A stretch of 63,863 bases of DNA, filler included, from Octopus bimaculoides (lineage: Eukaryota): NCBI RefSeq assembly GCF_001194135.2. It is 6 parts of 5 records of this genome, joined end to end, with 100 filler letters (N's around TTAATTAATTAA, not from the genome) between each part and the next. Parts side by side here need not be neighbours in the genome. Positions count along the whole stretch, not along the records: positions 1 to 10,779 come from NC_068981.1; positions 10,880 to 36,759 come from NC_068993.1; 4 more parts are not named here. One strand, given 5' to 3'. The notes beneath the pieces were generated by a model, which was not told the DNA's origin, ran no database searches, and saw nothing but the letters and a program-made list of their open reading frames with translations. Made by a program: the position numbers and the translations under genes. The first letter of the stretch is position 1. Every line of letters starts with the position of its first letter. Shown here piece by piece: positions 1 to 11,311 of this stretch.

Positions 1-50
<50 letters not shown>

Positions 51-169
51 GTATACAATATACATATATAAATATATATATATATATGTATATATATATG
101 TATATATATATGTATACAATATACAATGTGTGTATATAAAGCAGCAGCAGCAACAACAACAACAACAAC

Positions 170-222
<53 letters not shown>

Positions 223-254
223 TAATAATAATAATTATAATTATAATTTATCAG

Positions 255-990
255 AAAAATGTAGAGTCTGTGGAACTTGGAACGAGACAGGGGTACACAT
301 TGTGGGCAGAATGTCTCAATTTGGCACAGGAAGAATATAAGAAATGGAGGCATGACCAAGCAGTAAAAGTTTTACATTGGAAGAATTGCCAGAAATGGGG
401 ATTTGAAACTGGAGACACGAAGTACAAAAGAGTACAGGAGTCGAAAGAGTACAGGAGTCGAAAGAGTACTGGAGTCGAAAGAATACTGGAGTCGAAAGAG
501 TACAGGAGTCGAAAGAGTACTGGAGTCGAAAGAGTACAGGAGTCGAAAGAGTACAGGAGTCGAAAGAGTACAAGAGTCGAAAGAGTACTGGAGTCGAAAG
601 AGTACAGAAGTCGGAGAAATGTTAGATTTTGTGGAACTTTCTTATTCAGCAGACAAGAAGCTAGAAAATAATAGACCAGACATAATAATAGACAAGGAAA
701 AGCGAAGTTGCTTACTAATTGATCCATCATGTCCGTTTGATTTCAGGATCCGAAAGAAAGAAGACGGAAAAAAATACAATCCCTTAAAATTTGAAATTGC
801 AAGAATATGGAATATGAAAGCTGTATATAATAATTGGTGAATCGGGAAGTGGAAGGAAAGATAAAGACAAATGGCAGAAGGAGATTGGAATAGAACTGAC
901 AAGTAAATCTGTGGTATTGAGCAGAATATTTGCCGTGGCCCATGTTTTATACCATGACAAAACAATGTACATGATAACACTTCCAATCAG
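255..990 (+). mobile_element. 5'-truncated, decayed R4/Dong-type non-LTR retrotransposon (REL endonuclease end)
   Basis: Frames read RHDQAVKVLHWKNCQKWG...DKKLENNRPDIIIDKEKRSCLLIDPSCPFD...KYNPLKFEIARIWNMK, which is the RHD motif plus the PD-(D/E)xK REL domain. Preceded by (TAA)n. Confidence 0.85.
420..615 (+). repeat. 17-bp tandem repeat GAGTCGAAAGAGTAC(A/T)G, about 11-12 copies, inside the LINE relic
   Basis: Read directly from the sequence; three units give the 17-aa periodicity seen in the ORF track. Confidence 0.95.
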
Positions 991-1144
991 TTAAGATCAA
1001 AAGCCATGAGAGCCATCATTTAGGGTTTCCTTTCGTTATAACTTTTTTTCAGCTCCCTGAACACCGGGCATCCTCCGGAGGCCAAGAGTAGCAAGGGTAC
1101 TTTTGTTTTGCTATGCATGCAAAAACTATCACCACATTTATTCC

Positions 1145-1512
1145 ATTTTAGATGGAGAGTGCTTTCCGTAGTATATGGGCTGTACCCATCAAGATTATCT
1201 TTTCTAGTTCACGGAGATTGGAGTTACCAGGGAGTTGCTTAATATACTTCTCAGCTCCCTTCTTTATCATTCCCAACACACCAGTTACAACTGGTATTAT
1301 CGTAGTACTAAGCTTCCACAATTTTGTGATTTCAAGTTGCGGATCTTTATAGTGAGAAAGCTTTACAGATTCCTTTCTTGAGACATTTTGATCTTGTGGA
1401 ACAGATATATCTATTAAGAGACAAGTACCTCTATTGTAGTCCTTGATCACAATGTCTGGTCCATTGGAGTCAATTTTTCTGTCTGCTTCTATTGGGAAGT
1501 TCCAAAGGATGG

Positions 1513-1517
<5 letters not shown>
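1145..1517 (-). mobile_element. R4/Dong-type LINE 3' fragment
   Basis: RPDIVIKDYNRGTCLLIDISVPQDQNVSRKESVKLSHYKDPQLEITKLWK...LMGTAHILRKALSI*. Confidence 0.9.
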
Positions 1518-1566
<49 letters not shown>

Positions 1567-1778
1567 GTTCAGTAGTCTTAATTTTATAACGTGCTTTCAC
1601 TTCACTACCGAGCGCAGCTCTGTGCGCCTTGGGTATGTGCTGTGGTTTGCTGTGGTGCTCTTATGTTCACTGTATTGAAAGTGTTTTGCATAGAATGTGT
1701 GCAGTACCCAGTAGTGCAATTTTCTGTATGTTATATATATTTGTAAGTCCTGGTGTTTTTGTTATGTATTTGTCTGAA

Positions 1779-1782
<4 letters not shown>
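1567..1782 (-). mobile_element. Short R4/Dong-type LINE 3' end flanked by (TAA)n on both sides
   Basis: Minus strand reads ...PGLTNIYNIQKIALLGTAHILCKTLSIQ, then a 3' UTR, then (AAT)n. Confidence 0.8.
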
Positions 1783-1809
<27 letters not shown>

Positions 1810-3007
1810 TAAAGAGAGTTGTTTTCTTTTTCTCTAGTGTCTACACAAGGTCTACATCTGGAATTAGCAACGAACGGCGCAGTGCAGGGAGTTGTCGTCA
1901 AATCTAAATATTAGTAGACACGACAAACAAATAGGGATTAACAGTTTAGAAGTGTACTTAAGGAGACATATCTCTGACTCGCGCTGTTGCAATAGCAGCA
2001 GCAGCAGCAGCAACTACAACAGCCAGTACACCAGCAGTAGCAGTAACAGCAGCAACAGCAAACGACAACCACTGCATCCGCCACAGCATCAGCAGCAGCG
2101 GCCGTCACCTTTAAACAAAATGAATAACAAAAATCTCTAATAAAGAACTAGTGCTTGAAACAAGGTTATTTATACGTACTTTGTTTCACTCTTATCTTAC
2201 ATGATAACCTCACAAACAGATGTACACACACCTATGCTCCTTCGTCTTTTTTTATTTACATATTTACTTATTTATTTGTTTGTTTATTTATTTATTGCCT
2301 TGCTCATTGATCATTCGACACTTCATCTGTGTAGTTTAATTAAATTGATGAAGTGGCTTTTGAAAGGTGCGTGCAGGTGTTAATAGACTAGTTCTAGCAG
2401 AGATGTAACACAAACCATTAATTTAGCGATTATATACAATGATGTTCTTGTAGCAGAAAGGAGAAGAAGGAGGAGGAGAAACGTAGTCTTAATCTCCCTG
2501 GAGATGGGGGATTTAAATTTTGCTCATGAGAAAAAAAACAGCAAACAAACAAAAAATAAATAAAAAACCCAAAACAAACAAACAGGCTACAAGACTACAA
2601 AATCTTTAAAGCAAGCAAAATATTCCTGAAGAGAGTATGTATATATATATATGTGTGTGTGTGTATGTGTGTATGTATGTATATATGTATACATACATAC
2701 ATACATATATACATACATATATATGTCAACATATATATATATGCATACGTACGTACATATATGCATATATATATATATATATACACACATATATATGTCT
2801 ACATATACATTTGTATACATGCATAGATACATACCTANNNNNNNNNNNNNNNNNNNNNNNNNNNNNNNNNNNNNNNNNNNNNNNNNNNNNNNNNNNNNNN
2901 NNNNNNNNNNNNNNNNNNNNNNNNNNNNNNNNNNNNNNNNNNNNNNNNNNNNNNNNNNNNNNNNNNNNNNNNNNNNNNNNNNNNNNNNNNNNNNNNNNNN
3001 NNNNNNN

Positions 3008-3041
<34 letters not shown>

Positions 3042-3759
3042 GTGTATATATGTGTGTTATAAACAAATAAATTATAGTTGCTATTGAGAGTTGTCCAATC
3101 AGTAAAATTAATAACATACATAATGAATATATAAATCATTTTGTTCCAACAATGTTAATTTTGCATGGTAGAGGAAATGGAGGAGATGAATCCGATGGCG
3201 GTGGCGGCGGCGGCGGCGGCGGCGCCAGAGGTGGTGGCGATGGTGGTGGTAGTGGTGGTGATGGTAATGGTGGAAATGGGGATGGTAGTTATGATGATGA
3301 TGGTAGTGATGGTGGTGGTGGCTGCTGATCTTCCGATTGAGCCACAGAATCTGTCTCCGTTTCTTTGTTAATTGCTGATATTACTTGTCGGTCACTGCTC
3401 TCGACAGAAATGCCGCCATTTTTTGGTGACGAAGGCAGGACTTGAACCGAGAATGCATAGACTCGAAGTAAAGTGATGCTAGAATTAATCTTGTCTGATA
3501 TTCTTATATTTCAGCCAAACCGTCGCGCGGAAATCGTACTTTTTTATCGACCTCCGAAAGGATGAGAGACGAAGGTGATCACGGCGAAAGTTTGAACTCA
3601 GAAGTGGAACAGGTAGGTACTAGAAAGTGCCCCGTCCGATGCGCTGCTGCTTTCGCCAACCCATCGCTCCAAACTGGTACTCCCGGAAGAATGAAAGGCA
3701 GCGTCGACTTCGGTGAAAACGTAACAAATTCTATGAGAGATTTTGTGAAAGCACTAAGG

Positions 3760-3995
3760 ATTTTGTCAATTCACCTTTGTCAGTTCGATGGCCTTCTACT
3801 TACTGATCCCTGTGATGCCCAGCATGCTGTTAGCTGTAAACTCTGCAGAAGGATTGATCTGCAAAGCTTCCGCATCCCGCCTCCATGGGATCACACAGTG
3901 CTTGCCACTCCTTGCTTCGACATAACCCCACCGCGGCTCACGGTATTTCCTACTCTTTCTCTCATTCGCCTTCTCAATGCGGTCCTTTCAATCAT
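3760..3995 (-). mobile_element. Decayed REL-type non-LTR retrotransposon C-terminus (HERO/NeSL-like)
   Basis: Minus strand reads DRIEKANERKSRKY...SMLGITGISK*KAIEL, resembling the ERKxxKY REL tail; frameshifted. Confidence 0.5.
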
Positions 3996-5016
3996 GATAA
4001 ACTACAAATTACTTGAAATAATTCGTTTTTAACAAAGAACTCGAAGTAGATAAAACTATAAATAACAGAAGAAATCCTTTGGAGAGAAAAAGTTGAAGAA
4101 TGCTGTTGGGTTCCCAAGGGTCTTCGACTCAATATTTACAGGTTAATATTTATAGCTTTATTATTTCATGTCTCTCGAAGTTTCTAAATTTTTCTGACGT
4201 AAATAAGTTATTTGGTTTGTGGGGAGTCAACCGGAAATTTGATATGTTGCGAAAGTGGGAGTTTGTTACGTTGCGAAAGTGGGAACATGACAAAAATATA
4301 AATACCAGCTAAAATATACAGCTGTGATTTACTTGTGTATATTAGATGAATGATTTTGATCCGCAGAACGGTGAAATCACGTGATACGTTAGTGATATCC
4401 AATGATACAGTCGATCATTTCTTCAGTCGATACCGTCGGTGCTAATTAGCACCGGTCGTCAATATGAAATAGTATCACTGAACGTTTATAGCAGTTTAAG
4501 GTGATCTAAACAACACATCCAATTTTAGTTGGATGTTCTAATGTCTATTCGTTACAAACTCTGCTAATATCGCTAATAACTAATTTATTCGTGGCCACAC
4601 CGACTGTACGCAACATCAATGGCTGTTTGGTCATTATTACTGGTTTACGTACGGGCATGATCTGTAGATACGGTGAAATCACGTGATACATTAGTACCAT
4701 CCACCAGTGCAGACGATCATTTCGGCAGCCGATATAGCTGGTGCTTGACTGGCACGTTAACAACACGTGAATGGGGATCTAAACAACGAAACTATTTTAA
4801 GTTGGATGTGCTACTTATTATTTGTCACAAATACTGCTACTGTTGCTAATAGCCAATATATGGGTCCATAAAGTTTTATCTTCAAAAACTAAATGATTAA
4901 AAATATCAATGAAGTAATGATTACAGCTATCAAGTTAAAAGACGGAGTCAGTAATTATTGTGATAAATTACAAATAATAATAGAAAATGGATGCTTGTAG
5001 CAATAATATATATATA

Positions 5017-5181
5017 GGCGTAGGAGTGGCTGTGTGGTAAGTACCTTGCTTACCAACCACATGGTTCCGGGTTCAGTGCCACTGCGTAGCACCTTGGGCA
5101 CGTGTCTTCTACTATAGCCTCGGGCCGACCATAGCCTTGTGAGTGGATTTGGTAGACGGAAACTGAAAGAGGCCCGTCGTA

Positions 5182-5240
<59 letters not shown>

Positions 5241-5290
5241 ATATGTTTGTGTGTCTGTGTTTGTCCCCCCAACATCGCTTGACAACCGAT
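5017..5290 (+). mobile_element. tRNA-derived SINE, family A (head plus internal microsatellite)
   Basis: A-box GTGGCTGTGTGG and B-box GGTTCAGT; body shared with 23120-23285 and 37005-37410. Confidence 0.9.
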
Positions 5291-5538
5291 ACTTTAGAAG
5301 CGTTGAGATGTATGGAAAGATACAGAAATAATTAATTCCCAAATGCAGAATAACAGTAACAGAATTGCAGATTAATTTGTCGGTGGGCAGTTTAGCTTAA
5401 TGGTAAAGCACTATGACCGGTAATCACAGGGATGTACGAGTCTCATGGCTGGCCGCTGGTAAATTTATTTTGCAAAAATATGGATATCTTATCCTATTCC
5501 TGCTATTCGGTTAGCATTATTCTGCGTCTGAGAATTAA

Positions 5539-5574
<36 letters not shown>

Positions 5575-6344
5575 NNNNNNNNNNNNNNNNNNNNNNNNNN
5601 NNNNNNNNNNNNNNNNNNNNNNNNNNNNNNNNNNNNNNNNNNNNNNNNNNNNNNNNNNNNNNNNNNNNNNNNNNNNNNNNNNNNNNNNNNNNNNNNNNNN
5701 NNNNNNNNNNNNNNNNNNNNNNNNNNNNNNNNNNNNNNNNNNNNNNNNNNNNNNNNNNNNNNNNNNNNNNNNNNNNNNNNNNNNNNNNNNNNNNNNNNNN
5801 NNNNNNNNNNNNNNNNNNNNNNNNNNNNNNNNNNNNNNNNNNNNNNNNNNNNNNNNNNNNNNNNNNNNNNNNNNNNNNNNNNNNNNNNNNNNNNNNNNNN
5901 NNNNNNNNNNNNNNNNNNNNNNNNNNNNNNNNNNNNNNNNNNNNNNNNNNNNNNNNNNNNNNNNNNNNNNNNNNNNNNNNNNNNNNNNNNNNNNNNNNNN
6001 NNNNNNNNNNNNNNNNNNNNNNNNNNNNNNNNNNNNNNNNNNNNNNNNNNNNNNNNNNNNNNNNNNNNNNNNNNNNNNNNNNNNNNNNNNNNNNNNNNNN
6101 NNNNNNNNNNNNNNNNNNNNNNNNNNNNNNNNNNNNNNNNNNNNNNNNNNNNNNNNNNNNNNNNNNNNNNNNNNNNNTATATATATAAGTTGTTTGCTTG
6201 TCTTTTACAACGAGATATAATAGTTTTTAGCATTTTGAAACAGGCCAGAAATTATAATAATAATAAGTTTTTCTAAAATGTTGGTCTACATATTTGTTTT
6301 CGCCTCTTCATATACCAAGTGCCTCAATGATCCTTTCTACTCTA

Positions 6345-6545
6345 GGTATAAGGCCTTAAATTTGTGGGGAGGGGCTAAGTCGATTACATCGATCCCAGTG
6401 CTCAACTGGTTTTTATTTTATGGACCTCGAAAAGATGAAAGGCAAAGTCGACTTCGGCGAAATTTGAACTCAGAACTTAAAGACGGGCGAAATACTGCTA
6501 AGCATTTCGTCCAGCGTGCTAACGACTCCGCCAGCTCACCGCCTT
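6345..6545 (-). mobile_element. tRNA-derived SINE, family B
   Basis: Reverse complement of AAGGCGGTGAGCTGGCGGAGTCGTTAGCACG...GAGTTCAAATT...GTCGACTTTGCCTTTCATC, repeated many times in the window. Confidence 0.9.
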
Positions 6546-6626
6546 CCAAGTGCCCCGATAATAATAATTAGCAATTTTGTTGTTTGGCGATGCCATATTT
6601 TTTCTGATTTTAGTCCCAAGTCCTCA

Positions 6627-6790
6627 TAAGGCGATGAGTTGGCGGAAACGTTAGCGAGGCCGAGCGAAATGCTTAGCGGTATTTCGTCTACTGCTACGTT
6701 CTGAGTTCAAATTCTGCCGAGGTCGACTTTGTCTTTTCATCCTATATTAAATACCAGTTGTGTACTGGGGTCGATCTAATCTCTCTTTAA
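6627..6790 (+). mobile_element. tRNA-derived SINE, family B (inverted relative to 6345-6545)
   Basis: AAGGCGATGAGTTGGCGGAAACGTTAG...GAGTTCAAATTCTGCCGAGGTCGACTTTG. Confidence 0.9.
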
Positions 6791-7019
6791 TATATTGGAA
6801 GCTGGTTTGTTTGGCTATGCTTTTCATTTGCTTTACCATGAAAGCTCGGGTATTAGTTCTTCTTGTTGCATGTCTATGTCTCAAGGTATATTTGTTGCGT
6901 TTTTCGTCACAGACGGCAACTTTTTGGTGTCTTCGTGTTTCAGACACAACTTTAACAGCCGTTCATTTGCTCGTTGCAGGTGATCAGACAGTCCCATGGT
7001 CACAATTTTCAGTCAGTTT

Positions 7020-7350
7020 ATTACCACTACCTCCTCCTCAGCGAAGGCGGAGGTATTGTTTTCAGTCATGTTTGTTTGTCTGTTTGTCCGTGGACAAGAT
7101 ATCTCAAGAACCGCTGGATGGATTCGGATGAAACTTTCAGGGATGTTTGGCCTCCTGACTAACTCGAACTGATTAGAATTGGGAATCGATCTGGTGCCGG
7201 ACAAGAATTCTGGATTATTTTTCCGGTCTTTTTAACTTAATTTTTGAGAGCGGTTGGGTTCATTTTTAATATTCTCGTTTGTGAAAGCAGTCGAGTTTAT
7301 TTCAGATATTCTCATTTTAAAATTCATCTCGGGCTAATCATTGAGAGGAT
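7020..7350 (+). mobile_element. Helentron/HINE-like non-autonomous element
   Basis: TTAC..CCTCC..CAGCGAAGGCGGAGGTATTGTTTTCAGT start, then a (TGTT/TGTC)n microsatellite and GATGAAACTTT, the layout typical of DINE-1/HINE-like elements. Confidence 0.55.
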
Positions 7351-8542
7351 GNNNNNNNNNNNNNNNNNNNNNNNNNNNNNNNNNNNNNNNNNNNNNNNNN
7401 NNNNNNNNNNNNNNNNNNNNNNNNNNNNNNNNNNNNNNNNNNNNNNNNNNNNNNNNNNNNNNNNNNNNNNNNNNNNNNNNNNNNNNNNNNNNNNNNNNNN
7501 NNNNNNNNNNNNNNNNNNNNNNNNNNNNNNNNNNNNNNNNNNNNNNNNNNNNNNNNNNNNNNNNNNNNNNNNNNNNNNNNNNNNNNNNNNNNNNNNNNNN
7601 NNNNNNNNNNNNNNNNNNNNNNNNNNNNNNNNNNNNNNNNNNNNNNNNNNNNNNNNNNNNNNNNNNNNNNNNNNNNNNNNNNNNNNNNNNNNNNNNNNNN
7701 NNNNNNNNNNNNNNNNNNNNNNNNNNNNNNNNNNNNNNNNNNNNNNNNNNNNNNNNNNNNNNNNNNNNNNNNNNNNNNNNNNNNNNNNNNNNNNNNNNNN
7801 NNNNNNNNNNNNNNNNNNNNNNNNNNNNNNNNNNNNNNNNNNNNNNNNNNNNNNNNNNNNNNNNNNNNNNNNNNNNNNNNNNNNNNNNNNNNNNNNNNNN
7901 NNNNNATATATATATATATATATATATACACTTATAGATATAACTATATGTGCTTATATATATGTATATATATACGTGTATATGTTATATATATATATTT
8001 ATCAAACAATATGTATATACATGCATATATATATACATATATATATTGCGTGTGAGTGTGTGCATTTGTGTGTAACTATAGGTGTATATATAATATATAT
8101 TGACGTATGTACATACATGCATACATATATATGTACGATGTACTATATGTGTGTGTGTGTATGTGTGTGTGTGTGTGTGTGCGTGTGTGTGTGTGTGTGT
8201 GTGCGCGCGCGCGCGCGCGTGTGTGTGTGTTTGTGGTTTATCTCTTCACGTCTCAACCTTTCACTCTTTCCGTCTCTGTATCGGGAGACTTTAATCAACC
8301 ATTAAAACGTTAGTCTTGTACTTGGCCGAGTGATTGTCTGGCGTTGAAGACGCGAATGACACATGCAAGCAGATAGCTAGCTCTGCCAAATGGAAACCAA
8401 TTTATACACTCACTCACAAATACACGCATATACACACTCGTCTCCCCCCCCTCTCTGTCTATATATATATACATGTGAGCGCCTCACACACATTAATATA
8501 TATACATACATGTATATATATATATATATATACATATGCCTC

Positions 8543-8586
<44 letters not shown>

Positions 8587-8778
8587 TATATACATACGTG
8601 TGTGTGTGTGTGTGTGTGTGAGGCACTCAGATGGACGTATTTCTATATACGCTCCGGAGGGTAACTTAATATACGCGCATGGAAGTCGCCTACAATATTT
8701 AGTAGAATACAACTCGATGAAGACAATTAGTGATATCTCCACGATAATGAAATTTCACTATTATTGTCCATATTATCA

Positions 8779-8845
<67 letters not shown>

Positions 8846-9480
8846 TGCTGTTGTTGCTGGTCTTGTGGTGCTGGTGGCGGTGTTTTGTGGCTGTTTGCAT
8901 GTTTTTCATCTCTGGATAGTACTTAAATGAAGTGAAGCTTAAAAAAAACAAGAGCAAAAAAGCAAAACATCGCCTTGATGAGAAAGTAGCTTAAGATAAG
9001 AATAATCTAATAATATTTACTTTAGTCTCCGTTTATTTCCCATCATTCACTTCATGTTTTGTGAAGATGTTGCTGTTTTTTGGCCAAGTAAGTTTGTCGT
9101 CTGTTAATGGCAGCTTTCCGAAACAGACTTGTCCACTGCAAGCGTACATCCATTTTTAGATACACACGTGATTTTATTTGTCTGCATGTGTGTGTGTGTG
9201 TGTGCGTCTGTTCTATATATTTGTGTGTGTGTGTGTGTGTTCTATATATTTCTGTGTCCGCATGAATAATGTTTCTCACATTCTTTCTCAATTTTCGATA
9301 TACGCAGGTAATATATGAGTGTGTGTGTGTGTGTATGTATGTGTGTATATATTTGTATATACATTCATTGTATAAATGTGTATGTATATATGTGTGTGTG
9401 TGTATGTATATTTATGTACATATATGTTCACTGTAATCTCTTTATCGATTTTACTACAAAAATGCATATGTATGTATGTG

Positions 9481-9511
<31 letters not shown>

Positions 9512-9660
9512 ATATACATATACATATATATATATATGAAAGAATACAAAAAATGGGACAGGAATGCAAAAAAAAGTATATATTTATATCTACATAGGAA
9601 TATATGTATATGTTTATGCCTACATATACATACCTATGTATATATGCGTGTATGTGTCTG

Positions 9661-9702
<42 letters not shown>

Positions 9703-10204
9703 TTTCTGGCCTGCCATGGCGATAACTATTAATACCCAGTGCTGCTGCCGTAGTCTCCTTTAGAGAAATTTAGAAATAATCTCTCTCTCTCTCTCTCTCT
9801 NNNNNNNNNNATATATATATATATATATATATACATGTAATATATATATATACACACACATGCACTCACACACATATTGATGATGCCATTTCTTATATAG
9901 GCACAAATGTGCCTATATAAAGTGCACTTCATTTTCGAGGCTCTGATGAAGCTATAAGGTGTTACTTAAGCACTCAATTATGAGTCCAATGCATCTTACA
10001 GCAGAAACAGCTGTGAGCTATTGAAGTTCATAAGATAATCGTTTACCCTTTATCATTTCATTCTTATTACCACGCTTTACTCGGGAACACTTTGTTCTGG
10101 AAAGTAGGTATATTGAGTTCTACACCGTGATATTAGTCTCAGAGTGCCTAAGCAAAATATGTTTGAATGTATGTATGCCTGTATGTACAATATTCTTTAC
10201 TACT

Positions 10205-10400
10205 CTAGGCACAAGGCCCGGAATTTTGGGGGGAGGGGGCCAATTGATTAGATCGACCCCAGTACCCAACTGGTACTTAATTTATCGTCCTCGAGAGGAT
10301 GAAAGGCAAAGTCGACCTCGGCGGAATTTGAACTCAGAACGTAAAGACAGACGAAATACCGCTAAGCATTTCGCCCGGCGTGCTAACGTTCTTGCCAGCT
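10205..10400 (-). mobile_element. tRNA-derived SINE, family B
   Basis: High similarity to 6345-6545. Confidence 0.9.
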
Positions 10401-10718
10401 CATATATACAATATTAAGGATTTGGAATAAAATCAGGTAGTTAAATGATAGGCACTAGGTTGTGTCGAATTCACTTGTAAACACCACCTTTAGTCGAATA
10501 GATGTCATGTGTACTGAAATACATCCAGTGAAATATTCAGGTTATGTATACAGAGACTTTAACCCTTACGAGTATTTAACGCCTAAGTGCTAGGCCAAAG
10601 CGTACATTGTGTTGGTCGCACGGTATTTGGTATACTCTAGATGTCAGACGGGTCGGGAATCTCTGGTGTGTCATGAGCAAATAAATAAATAACAAACATT
10701 TATCCATTGTTTGTTATC

Positions 10719-10779
<61 letters not shown>

Positions 10780-11104
10780 NNNNNNNNNNNNNNNNNNNNN
10801 NNNNNNNNNNNNNNNNNNNNNNNTTAATTAATTAANNNNNNNNNNNNNNNNNNNNNNNNNNNNNNNNNNNNNNNNNNNNTTTTGCTTTTGTATCAACTTT
10901 AAAACACAAAGTTGACTAAAAACACAAAAAAAAACCTTATAAAAAGTTATTTTTCTTTCTTTATATTTGAAAATTGAAATTTTGATTTGTCCGTTAGAGA
11001 TTATCAAAGGTGGGTAGTCTTCCTATTAAGGACAGAGCCATCAGATGTATGACCCCTACTTGGACTTTCAAGAAAACTTAAAGAAAGGAATTGGAGAGAG
11101 TGAA

Positions 11105-11153
<49 letters not shown>

Positions 11154-11245
11154 AAGAAATTAATTAAAAGTTTTGGAAGAAATAAAATAAAAAAAGTTCT
11201 CCAAAAAGAAAGAGAAAGAAGTAAAAGTTTTTTTGTAGAACATAC

Positions 11246-11311
11246 CTGAACAATTTCTGCAAGTATGCATCCTATGAACAGCAACAGACAGAACAAACTA
11301 TGAACCTTCAT
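11246..11311 (-). CDS. Possible first coding exon of a secreted protein (MKVHSLFCLLLFIGCILAEIVQ)
   Basis: Signal-peptide-like peptide, strong CAG|GTATGT donor and an upstream pyrimidine-rich acceptor. No downstream exon identified. Confidence 0.3.

Noticed and set aside
420-615. 17-bp array as a CRISPR-like locus
   Set aside because: The units are head-to-tail with no unique spacers, there are no cas genes, and the context is a eukaryotic LINE.
2587-3139. Long ORFs rich in YI/CV/HT/ER or X in the ORF track (many across the window)
   Set aside because: They are translations of microsatellites and N gaps.
3165-3371. Poly-Ala/Val/Met ORF and the poly-Ser/Gln ORF at 1892-2140
   Set aside because: They are compound triplet microsatellites with no supporting splice sites or domains.
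8630-10593. Resemblance of IYAPEG and IHPVKYSG to LECT2/M23 peptidase segments
   Set aside because: The matches are too short, the HxxxD and HxH zinc motifs are absent and the spacing is inconsistent.
10824-10835. TTAATTAATTAA embedded in N runs (also 36804, 57932, 60516, 61799)
   Set aside because: The identical six-frame-stop 12-mer is centred in gaps of about 100 bp, so it is an assembly placeholder and not biological sequence.
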